Part shown: one piece after another, positions 29,857 to 39,696 of the stretch
How positions within the stretch are numbered: the first letter of the stretch is position 1
Layout of the letters: each line of letters begins with the position of its first letter
Virus record (IMG/VR): IMGVR_UViG_3300038492_000258
Coordinates: 44,995-108,994 of that record
DNA: 64,000 nt
DNA from: a virus
Taxonomy: Duplodnaviria > Heunggongvirae > Uroviricota > Caudoviricetes
Reading direction: 5' to 3' (one strand)
The notes under the pieces: model-generated
What the model was told of the DNA's origin: nothing
Databases searched by the model: none
The model's input: the letters and a program-made list of their open reading frames with translations, nothing else
Program-made: the position numbers and the translations under genes

Positions 29857-30640
29857 CTTTAGCCTTTTTCTTTTTATCGTCCTTCTTTGCTGTTAGACGA
29901 TCAAGTAAGGCTTGGCGACGATCAGCGTTTTCAGCCGTAGCACCTTTCATTAACAGCTCATGAAGAACATCTTCCTGTAGGAAACTAATCATGCCAGCAA
30001 ACTCTTCACCGGTAAGACCGTCCTTCATAAGACGAGTCGCTACCTTCTTAGCGGCTTTGATGGCATCCTCTTTCGCTTTCAGCATCTCCATGAGATCCCC
30101 AGCGATAGTCCTACGTTTTTCTTCCGTATCAATAAGATGGGAAGCAATACTAGGACGAGGTTTCTGAGGCACCTTCTTTTGCACCCCATCCTCAGGATTA
30201 ATTAAATCACCCTTTTGAGTTTCCGAAGTCTCCTGACCATCGGAAAGAGCAACAACGTCGGCGGCTAATACCGACACTTTAAACTCAGTCCCCGGATGCG
30301 TTGCAGTTGCACCCAGGTATACTTCCTGTCTCAGTTCGTCAAGCGAGCCATTGTACCACGCGGGAACTTCCTGCAATTGCATTGCCCGACTCAAAGACGA
30401 CTGAGCTTGTGTAGCAGTCAAAACCGGGAAGTGATCACGATGATCAATAACCGCTTCAGAATCGCGACCAGCAACCGTCCCCTTGGGGTTCAGTTCCACT
30501 ACCTGCTCACCAACTGGCTGTCGGCTTAAACTAACGGCACGAGGAGCTTCAGAGCTAGGTTGATTGCTTGGACGCCCTTCCATAGGTTCTGGCTTTAAAT
30601 CACCAACCGAAAGGTTGTCGAAAACATCTCCGTAATTCAT
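29834..30640 (-). CDS. Hypothetical head-module protein (268 aa)
   Basis: ORF track; late motif and SD upstream. Confidence 0.7.
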   Translation of the reverse strand: MNYGDVFDNLSVGDLKPEPMEGRPSNQPSSEAPRAVSLSRQPVGEQVVELNPKGTVAGRDSEAVIDHRDHFPVLTATQAQSSLSRAMQLQEVPAWYNGSLDELRQEVYLGATATHPGTEFKVSVLAADVVALSDGQETSETQKGDLINPEDGVQKKVPQKPRPSIASHLIDTEEKRRTIAGDLMEMLKAKEDAIKAAKKVATRLMKDGLTGEEFAGMISFLQEDVLHELLMKGATAENADRRQALLDRLTAKKDDKKKKAKDEEKKGY

Positions 30641-30704
30641 ATTCTGTCCTTTATTTTTAATTTTTTAGTAAAATAGCCACAACAGCTTTGTCCATAACAG
30701 GTAA

Positions 30705-30713
30705 TACTCTAAA
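30705..30713 (-). promoter_or_regulatory. Candidate late promoter core TTTAGAGTA
   Basis: One-mismatch variant just after the portal stop. Confidence 0.5.
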
Positions 30714-30717
30714 ATTA

Positions 30718-33117
30718 TCAAATTCCTACACCAAGATTCATAATCGCTTGCTGGGTCCAGCAAGAAACAATGAACTGACGACGCATTTCTCGTGTAGGCT
30801 GCTTGCCATGTTGGGCACTATACTGAGCAATTTTATCGGTATAAAGCCCTAGAACGTCAGCTTTAATGGCCGAAGTAGTATCGTCATCTTTAAGCATATT
30901 GACAATAAAATCATCTTGCAGAGGCTCTGCATATGAAGCGGGCATGTGACTAAAGACATTATAAATTAAATTCTCAAGTCGATCTCGCTCTTCTTGTTTT
31001 AACTGCTTCAAATGTTTCAAACCAGCATCCTGTAACGCCAAAGCTTTTAACGCTCTCTTATTACAGAACTCTTCAATTCGATCAAGCCAAGCACGACCCT
31101 TTGTTTGCAACTCTTCATTGAGCTGCAAGATTTCTGCAACGTTTTGTCCCTTCGGACCACGCGGATTAGCCTGCTTGCCGGTCGGGCCAGTAGACGATCC
31201 ACCAGGGCGACCATTAGGTGTCTTCTTCTGCGAACCACCATTCGGTTTTGCAGCGGGTTTGCCGTTCGGTCCCATCGGAGGTTCTTTTGGCTCATAAGGA
31301 CCACGACGTTCCATAAGACCATTCTTCTTAGTATGTGTCTTCTCTTCAGTCTTCTTATTGACTTGAGTATCAAAGTCAGTGTCAAGCTCTTTGAGAGCTT
31401 CATCCGCAGAAAGAATATTACGATCAATAAGTGCCAAGATCATTTGGTGACGAGCTTTCTCATCCTTCAGGCTCGTGCGGGTGAACTTCACCTCAGGTAA
31501 TTTGCGGAAGCCCATGGCGTCCGAAATAACCTTCAGTTCCCCCATCAACCAATTTTTGACGACCTCGCGATACGACTCCAGTTTTTCAAGAACACCGGCA
31601 ACCGCGATAAATGAGTTGGAGAAGTTACCGCCCTTACCACCGACAAGCACTTCGGGAATACCAAGTGCAGTCATAATGTCCTTATCGGCAGATTCGTGCT
31701 TCTTAGAATCAAAGATACCTGCAACATTCGGCTGGAGAACCTGAGCTTCAATCGCCTCGTTCCAGATGATATTCATCATATTGCCAGGCATTTGCAACAT
31801 ATCGGCAAAACGCTCGAAATGCTCATCTTCGGCAGGCATACCTTTATCAATGTTACCCAGCTTAAATAAGAAAATAGAGTTAATGACGGCATCGCAGGCA
31901 CGTCGCTCCATATCTCTCAAACAATCCTTATAAGAAATTGCTCGTAAAGAAGGAAAGATAAAGGGCACAGCCCAGGTGAACCAATCGAACTTGCCTGGAC
32001 GCTGTACTACACCTAATTCTTCTTTTGACAGTCTTACTTCGGCGACGTAACCTGCACCCGGACCGGTATATTTCTCTACCTTGTTGACAAAGTCTTTTGG
32101 CAGATTAATTTCCGTTTTACCGATATCGACTGTCGTGTTGAGTCCATAGCCCTTAGCAAGATCGAAAGTATCTTTCTTGTCAATGGCCATAATCCATCGC
32201 TGTTGTCCCTGGAGACGACTGCCCCGAGGTTCCATCTGTAGAGGATTCAAAAATGTATAGCCCCACGGGATCCTCTTGTCGGGATTTTCGGGCAATTTCT
32301 CTTCCTCCGGAGTCGGCGGTGCTTTGGCCGTAGCCTGATTTTCGCCAACAATAGATTCGCGTTGAGAGACAAACCAATCCGCGAATCCAGCAGGATCATC
32401 CTGTCCCACCTCAGCGTCTTTTGTTTTGTAACGCATAGTAAGCTTGCCATTAATTACCTCAGAGGCATCGGCTCGCTTCATATTACGTTTATCATTAGTT
32501 GACAGTTTCGCCCAGCGACGGTGTACAAATACATTCGCATAAATGAACAGGTTTAAGAACATACTGCGAATACGTTCGTCCAACTTAACTTTATTGGCCC
32601 ACGCATTAAAGAAGTTGCGAACACTTTTATCGGGGTGATAAAGTTCAATGCCTTCGGAAGCAAAGTCGGCATATAGATCGACAATATTTTGAACCACACC
32701 GTAACCGTGATAGGCCATATGGCAGGCCGCCATGATTGAGTGGTTAACTGTCGAGTTGCTCGAAAGTCGTCTTAAATATTGATAGCCACCGAATCCCTGG
32801 TTGTGTGCCCCAGAAAACATTCGGCCCATGCCATTCAATAATCCCGTGCCGAAATAATTACCCGGGCCATTCGCCATGTAAGAACTGTTAGGTCCATGGG
32901 CACCCTGGAAATAATCGTTTCCGCCACCTAAAAAACTACTGTCGTAGCCACCGGGCATCCTGCGTTCGATGCTATCGCCCAGGTTTCCGTAGTAATATGC
33001 AGACGTACGCGTATTACTGCGAGCTGTAGCTCGACTCATGGTATCGGCAGAGGCACGACTAATGTTAGTCTCTGTCGGTACAGCGTTTACGTCAGTTTCG
33101 GGCTCTTGATCAGACAT
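30718..33117 (-). CDS. Portal protein (799 aa, with long terminal extensions)
   Basis: Follows TerL; CHMAY...VVQNIVDLYADF, DIMTALGIP, IDRNILS.DEALKEL portal-like motifs. Confidence 0.85.
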   Translation of the reverse strand: MSDQEPETDVNAVPTETNISRASADTMSRATARSNTRTSAYYYGNLGDSIERRMPGGYDSSFLGGGNDYFQGAHGPNSSYMANGPGNYFGTGLLNGMGRMFSGAHNQGFGGYQYLRRLSSNSTVNHSIMAACHMAYHGYGVVQNIVDLYADFASEGIELYHPDKSVRNFFNAWANKVKLDERIRSMFLNLFIYANVFVHRRWAKLSTNDKRNMKRADASEVINGKLTMRYKTKDAEVGQDDPAGFADWFVSQRESIVGENQATAKAPPTPEEEKLPENPDKRIPWGYTFLNPLQMEPRGSRLQGQQRWIMAIDKKDTFDLAKGYGLNTTVDIGKTEINLPKDFVNKVEKYTGPGAGYVAEVRLSKEELGVVQRPGKFDWFTWAVPFIFPSLRAISYKDCLRDMERRACDAVINSIFLFKLGNIDKGMPAEDEHFERFADMLQMPGNMMNIIWNEAIEAQVLQPNVAGIFDSKKHESADKDIMTALGIPEVLVGGKGGNFSNSFIAVAGVLEKLESYREVVKNWLMGELKVISDAMGFRKLPEVKFTRTSLKDEKARHQMILALIDRNILSADEALKELDTDFDTQVNKKTEEKTHTKKNGLMERRGPYEPKEPPMGPNGKPAAKPNGGSQKKTPNGRPGGSSTGPTGKQANPRGPKGQNVAEILQLNEELQTKGRAWLDRIEEFCNKRALKALALQDAGLKHLKQLKQEERDRLENLIYNVFSHMPASYAEPLQDDFIVNMLKDDDTTSAIKADVLGLYTDKIAQYSAQHGKQPTREMRRQFIVSCWTQQAIMNLGVGI

Positions 33118-33163
33118 GTTAGCTTCCTAATTAGATTGCAATGTAATTAGCTCCATCCAGGAG

Positions 33164-33172
33164 TACACTAAT
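33164..33172 (-). promoter_or_regulatory. Candidate late promoter core ATTAGTGTA
   Basis: Variant whose TAG is the TerL stop codon; ~47 nt upstream of the portal ATG. Confidence 0.5.
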
Positions 33173-35201
33173 TAGGGTTATACCAAGAAGAGTTCCCACG
33201 ACGACCTACGCGATTCGAGGTGTACGAGCCTTTATCGGACTTTTTCTGGCCAGGAATGCTTGTATTCGGTCTGTGACCATGACCAGTCACAACTTTAGCG
33301 GCATAATTTGCCAACATGAGTGCGGACCAACGGTCACGGCGTCTCATGTCTAAACCCTCGCTTTGCTCGGCTAAACGAGGCAGCTCAAAACGCTCAGTAC
33401 CATTCGGTGTTACGTCCCGGATGATAGCACAGGTCTCGTTAATACATTCATCAATATGCTGCATCACGCCAAGACGCGGTTTGCCGTCTACAAGATCGGC
33501 CTCCCAATCGTCCACACCCCAAATGTCTTCCTGAAGTTTGATTTTAATTGACTCAGTTAAATCATGTTCCTGGAAGTGTCTTAGATACTGTCCGTAGACT
33601 TCTTCGGCAAGAGCTTTATATGGGAACAGAATATATGCCTGTTCAATAGCAGAGGCCACACCGTGAGCAGCAGTCGAAATCCACGTCGGAGCAAAGTTGA
33701 CGATCTCAAGTACGTTTCGGCCTGGAGCGGCAAGATCAGCCTTTTCACCGTACTTATCGATCTGGTCAGGGATAACCCAAATAAGATCTTCATCACGGAC
33801 ATGATCCTGCTTTTTGCAAAGCCATTCGTAAATCGCTTCACCACCGCCACCATGGTCCATACAGATGTACTCGATATTAAATCTGTTGTAAATTTCCCTA
33901 ATCTTTTCCGAGCTTGTTTCATACTTGGTAGCGTCCCAAGCTTCGCAATAGACTAGCTCTCGTCCACGATCAGTCAGCTTGAGAACTACAACAGCAATAT
34001 TGTCATTATATCTCGCAGGGTCAATTCCCATAACATATGTTGCTCGTGGGTCGCCATACAGCTCTACATGTACTGAATCATGGTCGGGTGGGCGAGGAGT
34101 AGCTCGTTCAATCCATGAGCGTTTAATGAAACCATCCGAATCATCAGGGAATTTAGCTTCATATTCCATCTCGAAACGATATCGAGGGAACGCAGCACGG
34201 TCAGAACGAATCTGATCTTCATCCAGGAAGTCTTCTGGTAGACCGTAATACGGCAATTGGAAAATTGAATACTGATTCCAAATACGAGACATAGCCTCAA
34301 CGTCTCGTTTGTCTACAGTATCCACGCGTCCCGTTGTATGCAGAGCACGTTCCTCTAATGCTCGTTTCAGTTTTCTGGGATCACCACCAGACCCCAGGAA
34401 CATTTTGTAAACTTCGTATCTCTTGTAGAAATGGTTTTGTTTATGAGATGGCGTACCAGAAAGCACAATCTGGTTACCGAAGTCTTGTGTGCTTTCGATA
34501 GAGTCAATGAGGGCGGGGTCCGCCCCTAACTCCTTCAGCTTATTAATGAACTTTCTCGTACGAGCACGTTGAGCCGGATTGGCGTGTACAGCCGTGAACG
34601 GAGCAATAACGATATCGAAGATGTCTTCAGGAATAGACGCGAACTCGTCAGCGATTAGAACGGTAGCACGAAGACCACGAATCTTCTCGCCATCCCCGAT
34701 GGGGATAGCAGTAATGGTGGATAAACCCACCGTCAGAGTAGCTGCGTCAGATCCATACTTAGGACGTTCACCAGGACCAACCGCTTCCTGAATAAGTGGG
34801 CTAGCGTTATATAAATCTTCAATGTACTTGAACACAAGCTTCGCTTGACGGAAACCGGCACCAACAATAACTACTTTTGACCCGGGAATCAGTAGTGCTT
34901 TCAGTAAAGAGTATAGTGCCAACATGAAGGTCTTGCCAGCACCACGAGAAGCGATAACCATAGGAAACTTACGTGTCCACAACATGTCAAGCATGACAGA
35001 CTGAAACGGCATAAGCTCCAATGGGAAACCATCCTTGGTTCGGAAAACTTGTTTTACAAACCAAGTTAACGAGAACTGAGCCGCGTAGAAAATACCATAC
35101 GATGGCCCCAAGTCTCTAAACACATCACAAACATCATTGGCGGTAAAAGTAGTCTCCCACTTTCTACCTCTCTTTTTCCTTACTTGCGTAGCATTAATCA
35201 T
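33168..35201 (-). CDS. terL: Terminase large subunit
   Basis: Q-motif LMPFQ, Walker A ASRGAGKT, Walker B LIADE, coupling SGTP, nuclease GIDPAR...DHGGGG...DRWSAL. Confidence 0.95.
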   Translation of the reverse strand: MINATQVRKKRGRKWETTFTANDVCDVFRDLGPSYGIFYAAQFSLTWFVKQVFRTKDGFPLELMPFQSVMLDMLWTRKFPMVIASRGAGKTFMLALYSLLKALLIPGSKVVIVGAGFRQAKLVFKYIEDLYNASPLIQEAVGPGERPKYGSDAATLTVGLSTITAIPIGDGEKIRGLRATVLIADEFASIPEDIFDIVIAPFTAVHANPAQRARTRKFINKLKELGADPALIDSIESTQDFGNQIVLSGTPSHKQNHFYKRYEVYKMFLGSGGDPRKLKRALEERALHTTGRVDTVDKRDVEAMSRIWNQYSIFQLPYYGLPEDFLDEDQIRSDRAAFPRYRFEMEYEAKFPDDSDGFIKRSWIERATPRPPDHDSVHVELYGDPRATYVMGIDPARYNDNIAVVVLKLTDRGRELVYCEAWDATKYETSSEKIREIYNRFNIEYICMDHGGGGEAIYEWLCKKQDHVRDEDLIWVIPDQIDKYGEKADLAAPGRNVLEIVNFAPTWISTAAHGVASAIEQAYILFPYKALAEEVYGQYLRHFQEHDLTESIKIKLQEDIWGVDDWEADLVDGKPRLGVMQHIDECINETCAIIRDVTPNGTERFELPRLAEQSEGLDMRRRDRWSALMLANYAAKVVTGHGHRPNTSIPGQKKSDKGSYTSNRVGRRGNSSWYNPN

Positions 35202-35680
35202 AGCTTGCCTTTCTGGTGCATTTCATATGCTTTCAGTAAAAGGCCACTACTAATTTTCTGAGCCTTGTCGCCAGCGAAGATCACATGAATATCATACTCA
35301 AGCATAAATTCTACTAGATTAGACATGACAACAGCAACTGGCATAGTAGCCGCTCTCTTGTTTAGTCCTTTTTTATTGACATAATATTGTCGCGGATTCA
35401 TTAGGTCTTCAAGAGACTGCTCAATCACAATGAACTTACGCTTGTAATGCTTCATACGCTCAGCTTCGGCAACTAAACGTTTTCTGTTCTTAATGAAATT
35501 ATTGTACAGCTCATTACAGTCGAGCTTACGCTCAATCACGCACAGATCTTCGTGACCCTCAATGGCATAATCACCAGTATCCAGTTTTTGATAGACTACT
35601 TCTGCAAAGCGAGTATCGCCCTCGAAATCCCACGGAGTTTTCTCCCGGGTGTCTACGATAATATTTGGTCTAGAACTCAT
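35198..35680 (-). CDS. ERCC4 (XPF/Mus81-like) domain nuclease
   Basis: IIVDTRE, LDTGDY, IERK, FIVIE signature; start revised to MSSRP. Confidence 0.88.
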   Translation of the reverse strand: MSSRPNIIVDTREKTPWDFEGDTRFAEVVYQKLDTGDYAIEGHEDLCVIERKLDCNELYNNFIKNRKRLVAEAERMKHYKRKFIVIEQSLEDLMNPRQYYVNKKGLNKRAATMPVAVVMSNLVEFMLEYDIHVIFAGDKAQKISSGLLLKAYEMHQKGKL

Positions 35681-36230
35681 ATTCAAACTCTTCAATAAAG
35701 TCAGCAAACCGCTCCCTAACAATCTCTCTAGTCTCCATCGTATAGTGAGTTTGATAAGGGGGACGCTGTGATGACTTTTGCATATGATGCAGCTTTACAT
35801 TATGACGATTGAGATGATCTCTACAAATTGTCTGAAAGTCACCATGTAGATTTTCAAAACGACCAATGAAGTCAACTAAACTGTTTCCATCGAGGTCGCA
35901 AAAAAACGTTTTTTGATCCAAAGAATTATTGGGATGTCCTTCTAAGAACCACGGCTTTTCTTCACACGGCAAGCCACGCCTGACCCATCGTTCAAACGTA
36001 CTGTACTTCATATAATATCTATGCCAGAAAAACCAAGATACTGCTCTATCCCAAGGGTTACGAATGAACGTAAATTTAAAGCGATCATCCCAGTTATCTT
36101 CATAGAGCTGACGCCTTAAGCCGCAATCGTGACCATTTGGGATAGCAATCCCCAAAGCGTGATGAATACTCGTTCCACCAGTTTTGGGGATATGTAAAAA
36201 GATCGGATCGTTAGTCGACCTGATCATCAC
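35670..36230 (-). CDS. Sulfotransferase (Sulfotransfer_2-like)
   Basis: FLHIPKTGGTS (5'-PSB loop), FTFIRNPWDRAVS (3'-PB), DFIGRFENL. Confidence 0.92.
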   Translation of the reverse strand: MMIRSTNDPIFLHIPKTGGTSIHHALGIAIPNGHDCGLRRQLYEDNWDDRFKFTFIRNPWDRAVSWFFWHRYYMKYSTFERWVRRGLPCEEKPWFLEGHPNNSLDQKTFFCDLDGNSLVDFIGRFENLHGDFQTICRDHLNRHNVKLHHMQKSSQRPPYQTHYTMETREIVRERFADFIEEFEYEF

Positions 36231-36522
36231 GCATACTTAGATCCCAATCCCGACCACGACGTGGCGTGTCGTCATGTGTAGTTTCGTCTCTAAGACGTTC
36301 TACTGTTTTCCGAAACTCTTCAGGTGTTGCAATAATCTCTTCAGCGACAGGATCGCTAGGCTCTTCTACAACTGCGTCACCAGAGCCTTCAAGTTCCGGC
36401 AAATCATACACAGTTCTACCATCACTAAGACGATAGACAGTATGCTTACCCTGTCCCCAATGTCCTACGACCGTTGCCGAACGACCATCAATAGTTACAC
36501 GCGTTCCCTTAGGTACTGCCAT
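36211..36522 (-). CDS. Hypothetical protein (103 aa)
   Basis: ORF track; coupled. Confidence 0.65.
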   Translation of the reverse strand: MAVPKGTRVTIDGRSATVVGHWGQGKHTVYRLSDGRTVYDLPELEGSGDAVVEEPSDPVAEEIIATPEEFRKTVERLRDETTHDDTPRRGRDWDLSMRDDQVD

Positions 36523-36524
36523 GA

Positions 36525-37334
36525 TTAAATCCTTTTAGTTGACTGTTGCCCAATATGAAAATATAGAGGCATACAAATATGAGCTGTCATAGCTCCCGAT
36601 TTTCCAACACGAACCTGCATGGCCGTTTCACCATGCCTAGGATCGCAACCCAACTCAGCCTCATCTAGAGGCCCACACTCACGATATAGTGATTTTCTGA
36701 TTAGATTCGGATTATTGTTCCAACCATAGGGCAAATCCGACATTGCAAACGGGTGCCCATTTGCAGTGTGTTCTTGCCAGAGCTTAACGGGGGATCCCGC
36801 GAGCTGTCCAGGATTACAGCTCCAGGGGCTAAACTCTGGCTTTCCACGACCCCAGTTTTCGCGAGGATCGTCGATACTGCGTAGTTGCACTACGCCAATG
36901 TCAGTTGAGTGCTTCATGATATCTTTGGCTATCGCCAAAAAGTCCACGCTTAATCTACACTCAAAATCGTTCTCATGTACCATGCAAAATTCGCCACGAG
37001 ACAATGCCCACATTTGATTAAAGGCTTCGTTGATCCCATAATTTTCCTGTCTAATAATAACCTTGCGGGATAGACTTAGCTCTTTAAACAATGCGAAGTT
37101 TTCGTCGCAACCGCCATTCTCCATGAAAATCCACTCGATCTCACCCTCATGGAATCGTAGAGCATCGACGGTAGACAACAGAGAACGCTTCGTAACATCC
37201 GGACGATTACACGCCAAGAATAAGACGGACACTAAATCCTCTTCGCAGAACACATCTGGCAGATCTTTATATCTCTGCACAGAATAGTCCCACTTATCTT
37301 GGTGCGGGCCGAGGTGCTTTTTGCTACTAGTCAT
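36525..37334 (-). CDS. GT2-family glycosyltransferase; start revised to ATG 37334
   Basis: VSVLFLACNRP...EWIFMENG...NYGINEAFN...GEFCMVHEND (END at the DxD position). Confidence 0.8.
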   Translation of the reverse strand: MTSSKKHLGPHQDKWDYSVQRYKDLPDVFCEEDLVSVLFLACNRPDVTKRSLLSTVDALRFHEGEIEWIFMENGGCDENFALFKELSLSRKVIIRQENYGINEAFNQMWALSRGEFCMVHENDFECRLSVDFLAIAKDIMKHSTDIGVVQLRSIDDPRENWGRGKPEFSPWSCNPGQLAGSPVKLWQEHTANGHPFAMSDLPYGWNNNPNLIRKSLYRECGPLDEAELGCDPRHGETAMQVRVGKSGAMTAHICMPLYFHIGQQSTKRI

Positions 37335-37617
37335 TACTTTTGCAAACAATATCGTTACCACGAACGACATACAGACGCTCATCTTCGTCTAACTCGGTCG
37401 CAGCAAATTTGTTAAAAAAGATGCGATCACCTTTCTTTAGGTCTTCCACAGTAATTAGAATTCCCATTTCAGTCATACGTCCAGGACCAACAGAAATGAC
37501 AGTTGCACGAGCCCGATCTTCCTTCGCGGAATCAGGAAGCAAAATACCTCTGTCAGATTTCTCTTCAGGGGCATCCATTTGGACTAAAACAAAATCAAGC
37601 CGGGGTGTGAATTTCAT
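37327..37617 (-). CDS. groES: GroES-like co-chaperonin
   Basis: FTPRLDFVLV, mobile loop EEKSDRGILLPDSAKE, VISVGPG, GDRIFFNKF. Confidence 0.93.
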   Translation of the reverse strand: MKFTPRLDFVLVQMDAPEEKSDRGILLPDSAKEDRARATVISVGPGRMTEMGILITVEDLKKGDRIFFNKFAATELDEDERLYVVRGNDIVCKSND

Positions 37618-37991
37618 TGTTCAATTCTTTCTACAAATTTATTTAACTCTTCGCTGTTTCGAGCTTTTAAATAAGCTTCTTTTTGACTCTCAAAACGCTT
37701 GCAGTCATCCTGATTAGTTGAACTTAAAGCAGCGAGCACTAAGTGATCAAAACTCTCAATGACCTTATTTCTCAACTCTTCCAAATCATTTGAAGCTAAT
37801 ACAAAATCAGGCACATGAATCGTTAATTTATTATCAATGGATTGATTGTCCAAGTTTTCATCATGCTCAATGGGCGTCATACAGTTGCCATTACGATACA
37901 CCCAAACGGGTTTTGCCGGATAACCTCTAAGATCATCAATATCGGTTTTAGCTCTAAATAATTTAGATAGATTTAAAAATTTAACATTCAT
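37614..37991 (-). CDS. Hypothetical protein (125 aa)
   Basis: ORF track; ATGA-type coupling on both sides. Confidence 0.65.
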   Translation of the reverse strand: MNVKFLNLSKLFRAKTDIDDLRGYPAKPVWVYRNGNCMTPIEHDENLDNQSIDNKLTIHVPDFVLASNDLEELRNKVIESFDHLVLAALSSTNQDDCKRFESQKEAYLKARNSEELNKFVERIEQ

Positions 37992-38917
37992 ACAGATACT
38001 CCGTTAACTTTCGCAATTACAGACTCTAATTGATCAACTCGTTTAGTAACACTATGATTCTCTAGCACCTTTAAGAAGCCATTCTGAGCAATACGCTGAC
38101 GCTCTTCGTCATGCGTAGCATAATACTTAATCTTCTCAATCGCGTCTTTAGCATTATCATAGTAAACAATATCACGACCATCCTGGAACAGATCCTCTAT
38201 ACGGGTCTCTGCTGGAAGACGATCGGTAATCACCATTTTACCACAGGCCATGCCCTCAAATACCCTGCGAGTAATCTCTCCATGTTGAGAGCATTGGAAA
38301 ACCATCTTGCCCATATTTAGACGACGAGCATGATCTTCGCCGAAGAAATAGCGTTTATTATTAAAGGCTTCGCCTAATGCTTTCTGTACTTCAGCAGTGA
38401 CACGCCTACCACCACAAGTGGTAACACAATCAAATTCTTCTTGCACATCTGCATACGGCTTGAATACGTATTCATCAGCATGATGAGTCCACCACTCTGC
38501 ATAAATACCTGCGGCGTTATAACGTTCAACACAGGGATAATCAGGTGTTAAAACAGCATGAAACTTATGTGCCTTTTGCCAATTCATTCGATGAGACTGA
38601 GGCTCATCGCCAGCTTCCATGATCCAAGTTGTACCAGGAAACCACTGTTTGTCCAATTGGGGTGCATCAAACATTCCATAGTCCATTTGAAAAACTACAT
38701 CTGGCTTGTAAAAGCCATTTTTCATTTGATGATTAAGTTGATTCAGACAATCGGCAGAATAGATTCGTGCATTCTTACCCGGCATGATTTCGCCGTTATT
38801 ATGGTACAGGTTGAATAGTTCAACCTCGTGACCGCGACGAATAAGTTCACGATGCACTCCGATAGGAGTTGACCAACCTTCGCCATCCCAGGCGGCATAC
38901 AACATTGCAATTTTCAT
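37988..38917 (-). CDS. GT-B glycosyltransferase (CgeB/Glyco_trans_1_2-like)
   Basis: RRVFEGMACGKMVITD...LFQDGRDIVYY...IKYY..HDEERQRIA.NG..KV..NH. Confidence 0.9.
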   Translation of the reverse strand: MKIAMLYAAWDGEGWSTPIGVHRELIRRGHEVELFNLYHNNGEIMPGKNARIYSADCLNQLNHQMKNGFYKPDVVFQMDYGMFDAPQLDKQWFPGTTWIMEAGDEPQSHRMNWQKAHKFHAVLTPDYPCVERYNAAGIYAEWWTHHADEYVFKPYADVQEEFDCVTTCGGRRVTAEVQKALGEAFNNKRYFFGEDHARRLNMGKMVFQCSQHGEITRRVFEGMACGKMVITDRLPAETRIEDLFQDGRDIVYYDNAKDAIEKIKYYATHDEERQRIAQNGFLKVLENHSVTKRVDQLESVIAKVNGVSV

Positions 38918-39696
38918 TCGTCAAACTTTCCGTGAATATAGCCATTTTCAAGCATCACCTTGAGTTCCTCATCTCGTTTGCGTGAGAGTTCCTCAATTTC
39001 TTTAGCGGCATCAGCCTGAGCAGTTTTAGTTGATAATTCTTCAGCGAGATCAACAAGAGTACGACGTTCGGTTCGCACGTCCTTTAGACGATCGCGTCTC
39101 GCCATTTTTAGTTGCTCCATGCCCTTTTGGTAGAGCTTCATATGCTGATCATATTCTTTTTGATATTTATCGTTAACATAAGTACGATAACGAGGCGAAG
39201 CTTCATCAATATTGCCCTGCATAGACTCTTCGTAGAGATGCTCTTCCATCTCTTTACGCCTAAGAGCCTGTAAAGACAATACGAACTCAAGAATAGCAGC
39301 AAAAAGAGCCTGTTCTTCAGCTTCAGTAATAGTATCCGTAGATCTGATAATCTTGAGATACTCATCTAAGAATACGTCTTTATCTCGCTGTTGAAAACCT
39401 TCAAACGTCATGCGGAAACGAGGCGTAGACTCAATCCTGACCTTGATATAGGCGAAACGTTCTTCGCGAGACATCTCATCAAGTGTCTTAATTTCAGTAG
39501 CTTTAATTTGCTCCTGTGGTCCGGCTTCTCGCATCTCCTTCACGATACGCTGCACAGTCCGATCTCCTGACTTAAGGTCTTTCCAATTGTCAGGAAAATC
39601 TAATGCCATACGAGCTGCAACCTCAGCGTAGGGTTTACCCTCGCCAGTCAGTCGCATAATCATGTCTTTTTCGATTTGAGAAAAGATCTTAGGCAT
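38914..39696 (-). CDS. Probable terminase small subunit (N-terminal HTH + helical body)
   Basis: N-terminal helix-turn-helix-like segment (PYAEVAARM...RTVQRI); helices ending QLKMARRDR resemble the TerS L-x-x-x-x-x-x-R tail; upstream of TerL. Confidence 0.45.
   Translation of the reverse strand: MPKIFSQIEKDMIMRLTGEGKPYAEVAARMALDFPDNWKDLKSGDRTVQRIVKEMREAGPQEQIKATEIKTLDEMSREERFAYIKVRIESTPRFRMTFEGFQQRDKDVFLDEYLKIIRSTDTITEAEEQALFAAILEFVLSLQALRRKEMEEHLYEESMQGNIDEASPRYRTYVNDKYQKEYDQHMKLYQKGMEQLKMARRDRLKDVRTERRTLVDLAEELSTKTAQADAAKEIEELSRKRDEELKVMLENGYIHGKFDE

Noticed and set aside
33168-35201. Intein or intron in the long TerL
   Set aside because: No Cys/Ser...His-Asn splice motifs or LAGLIDADG/HNH motifs; ATPase and nuclease motifs are in normal order
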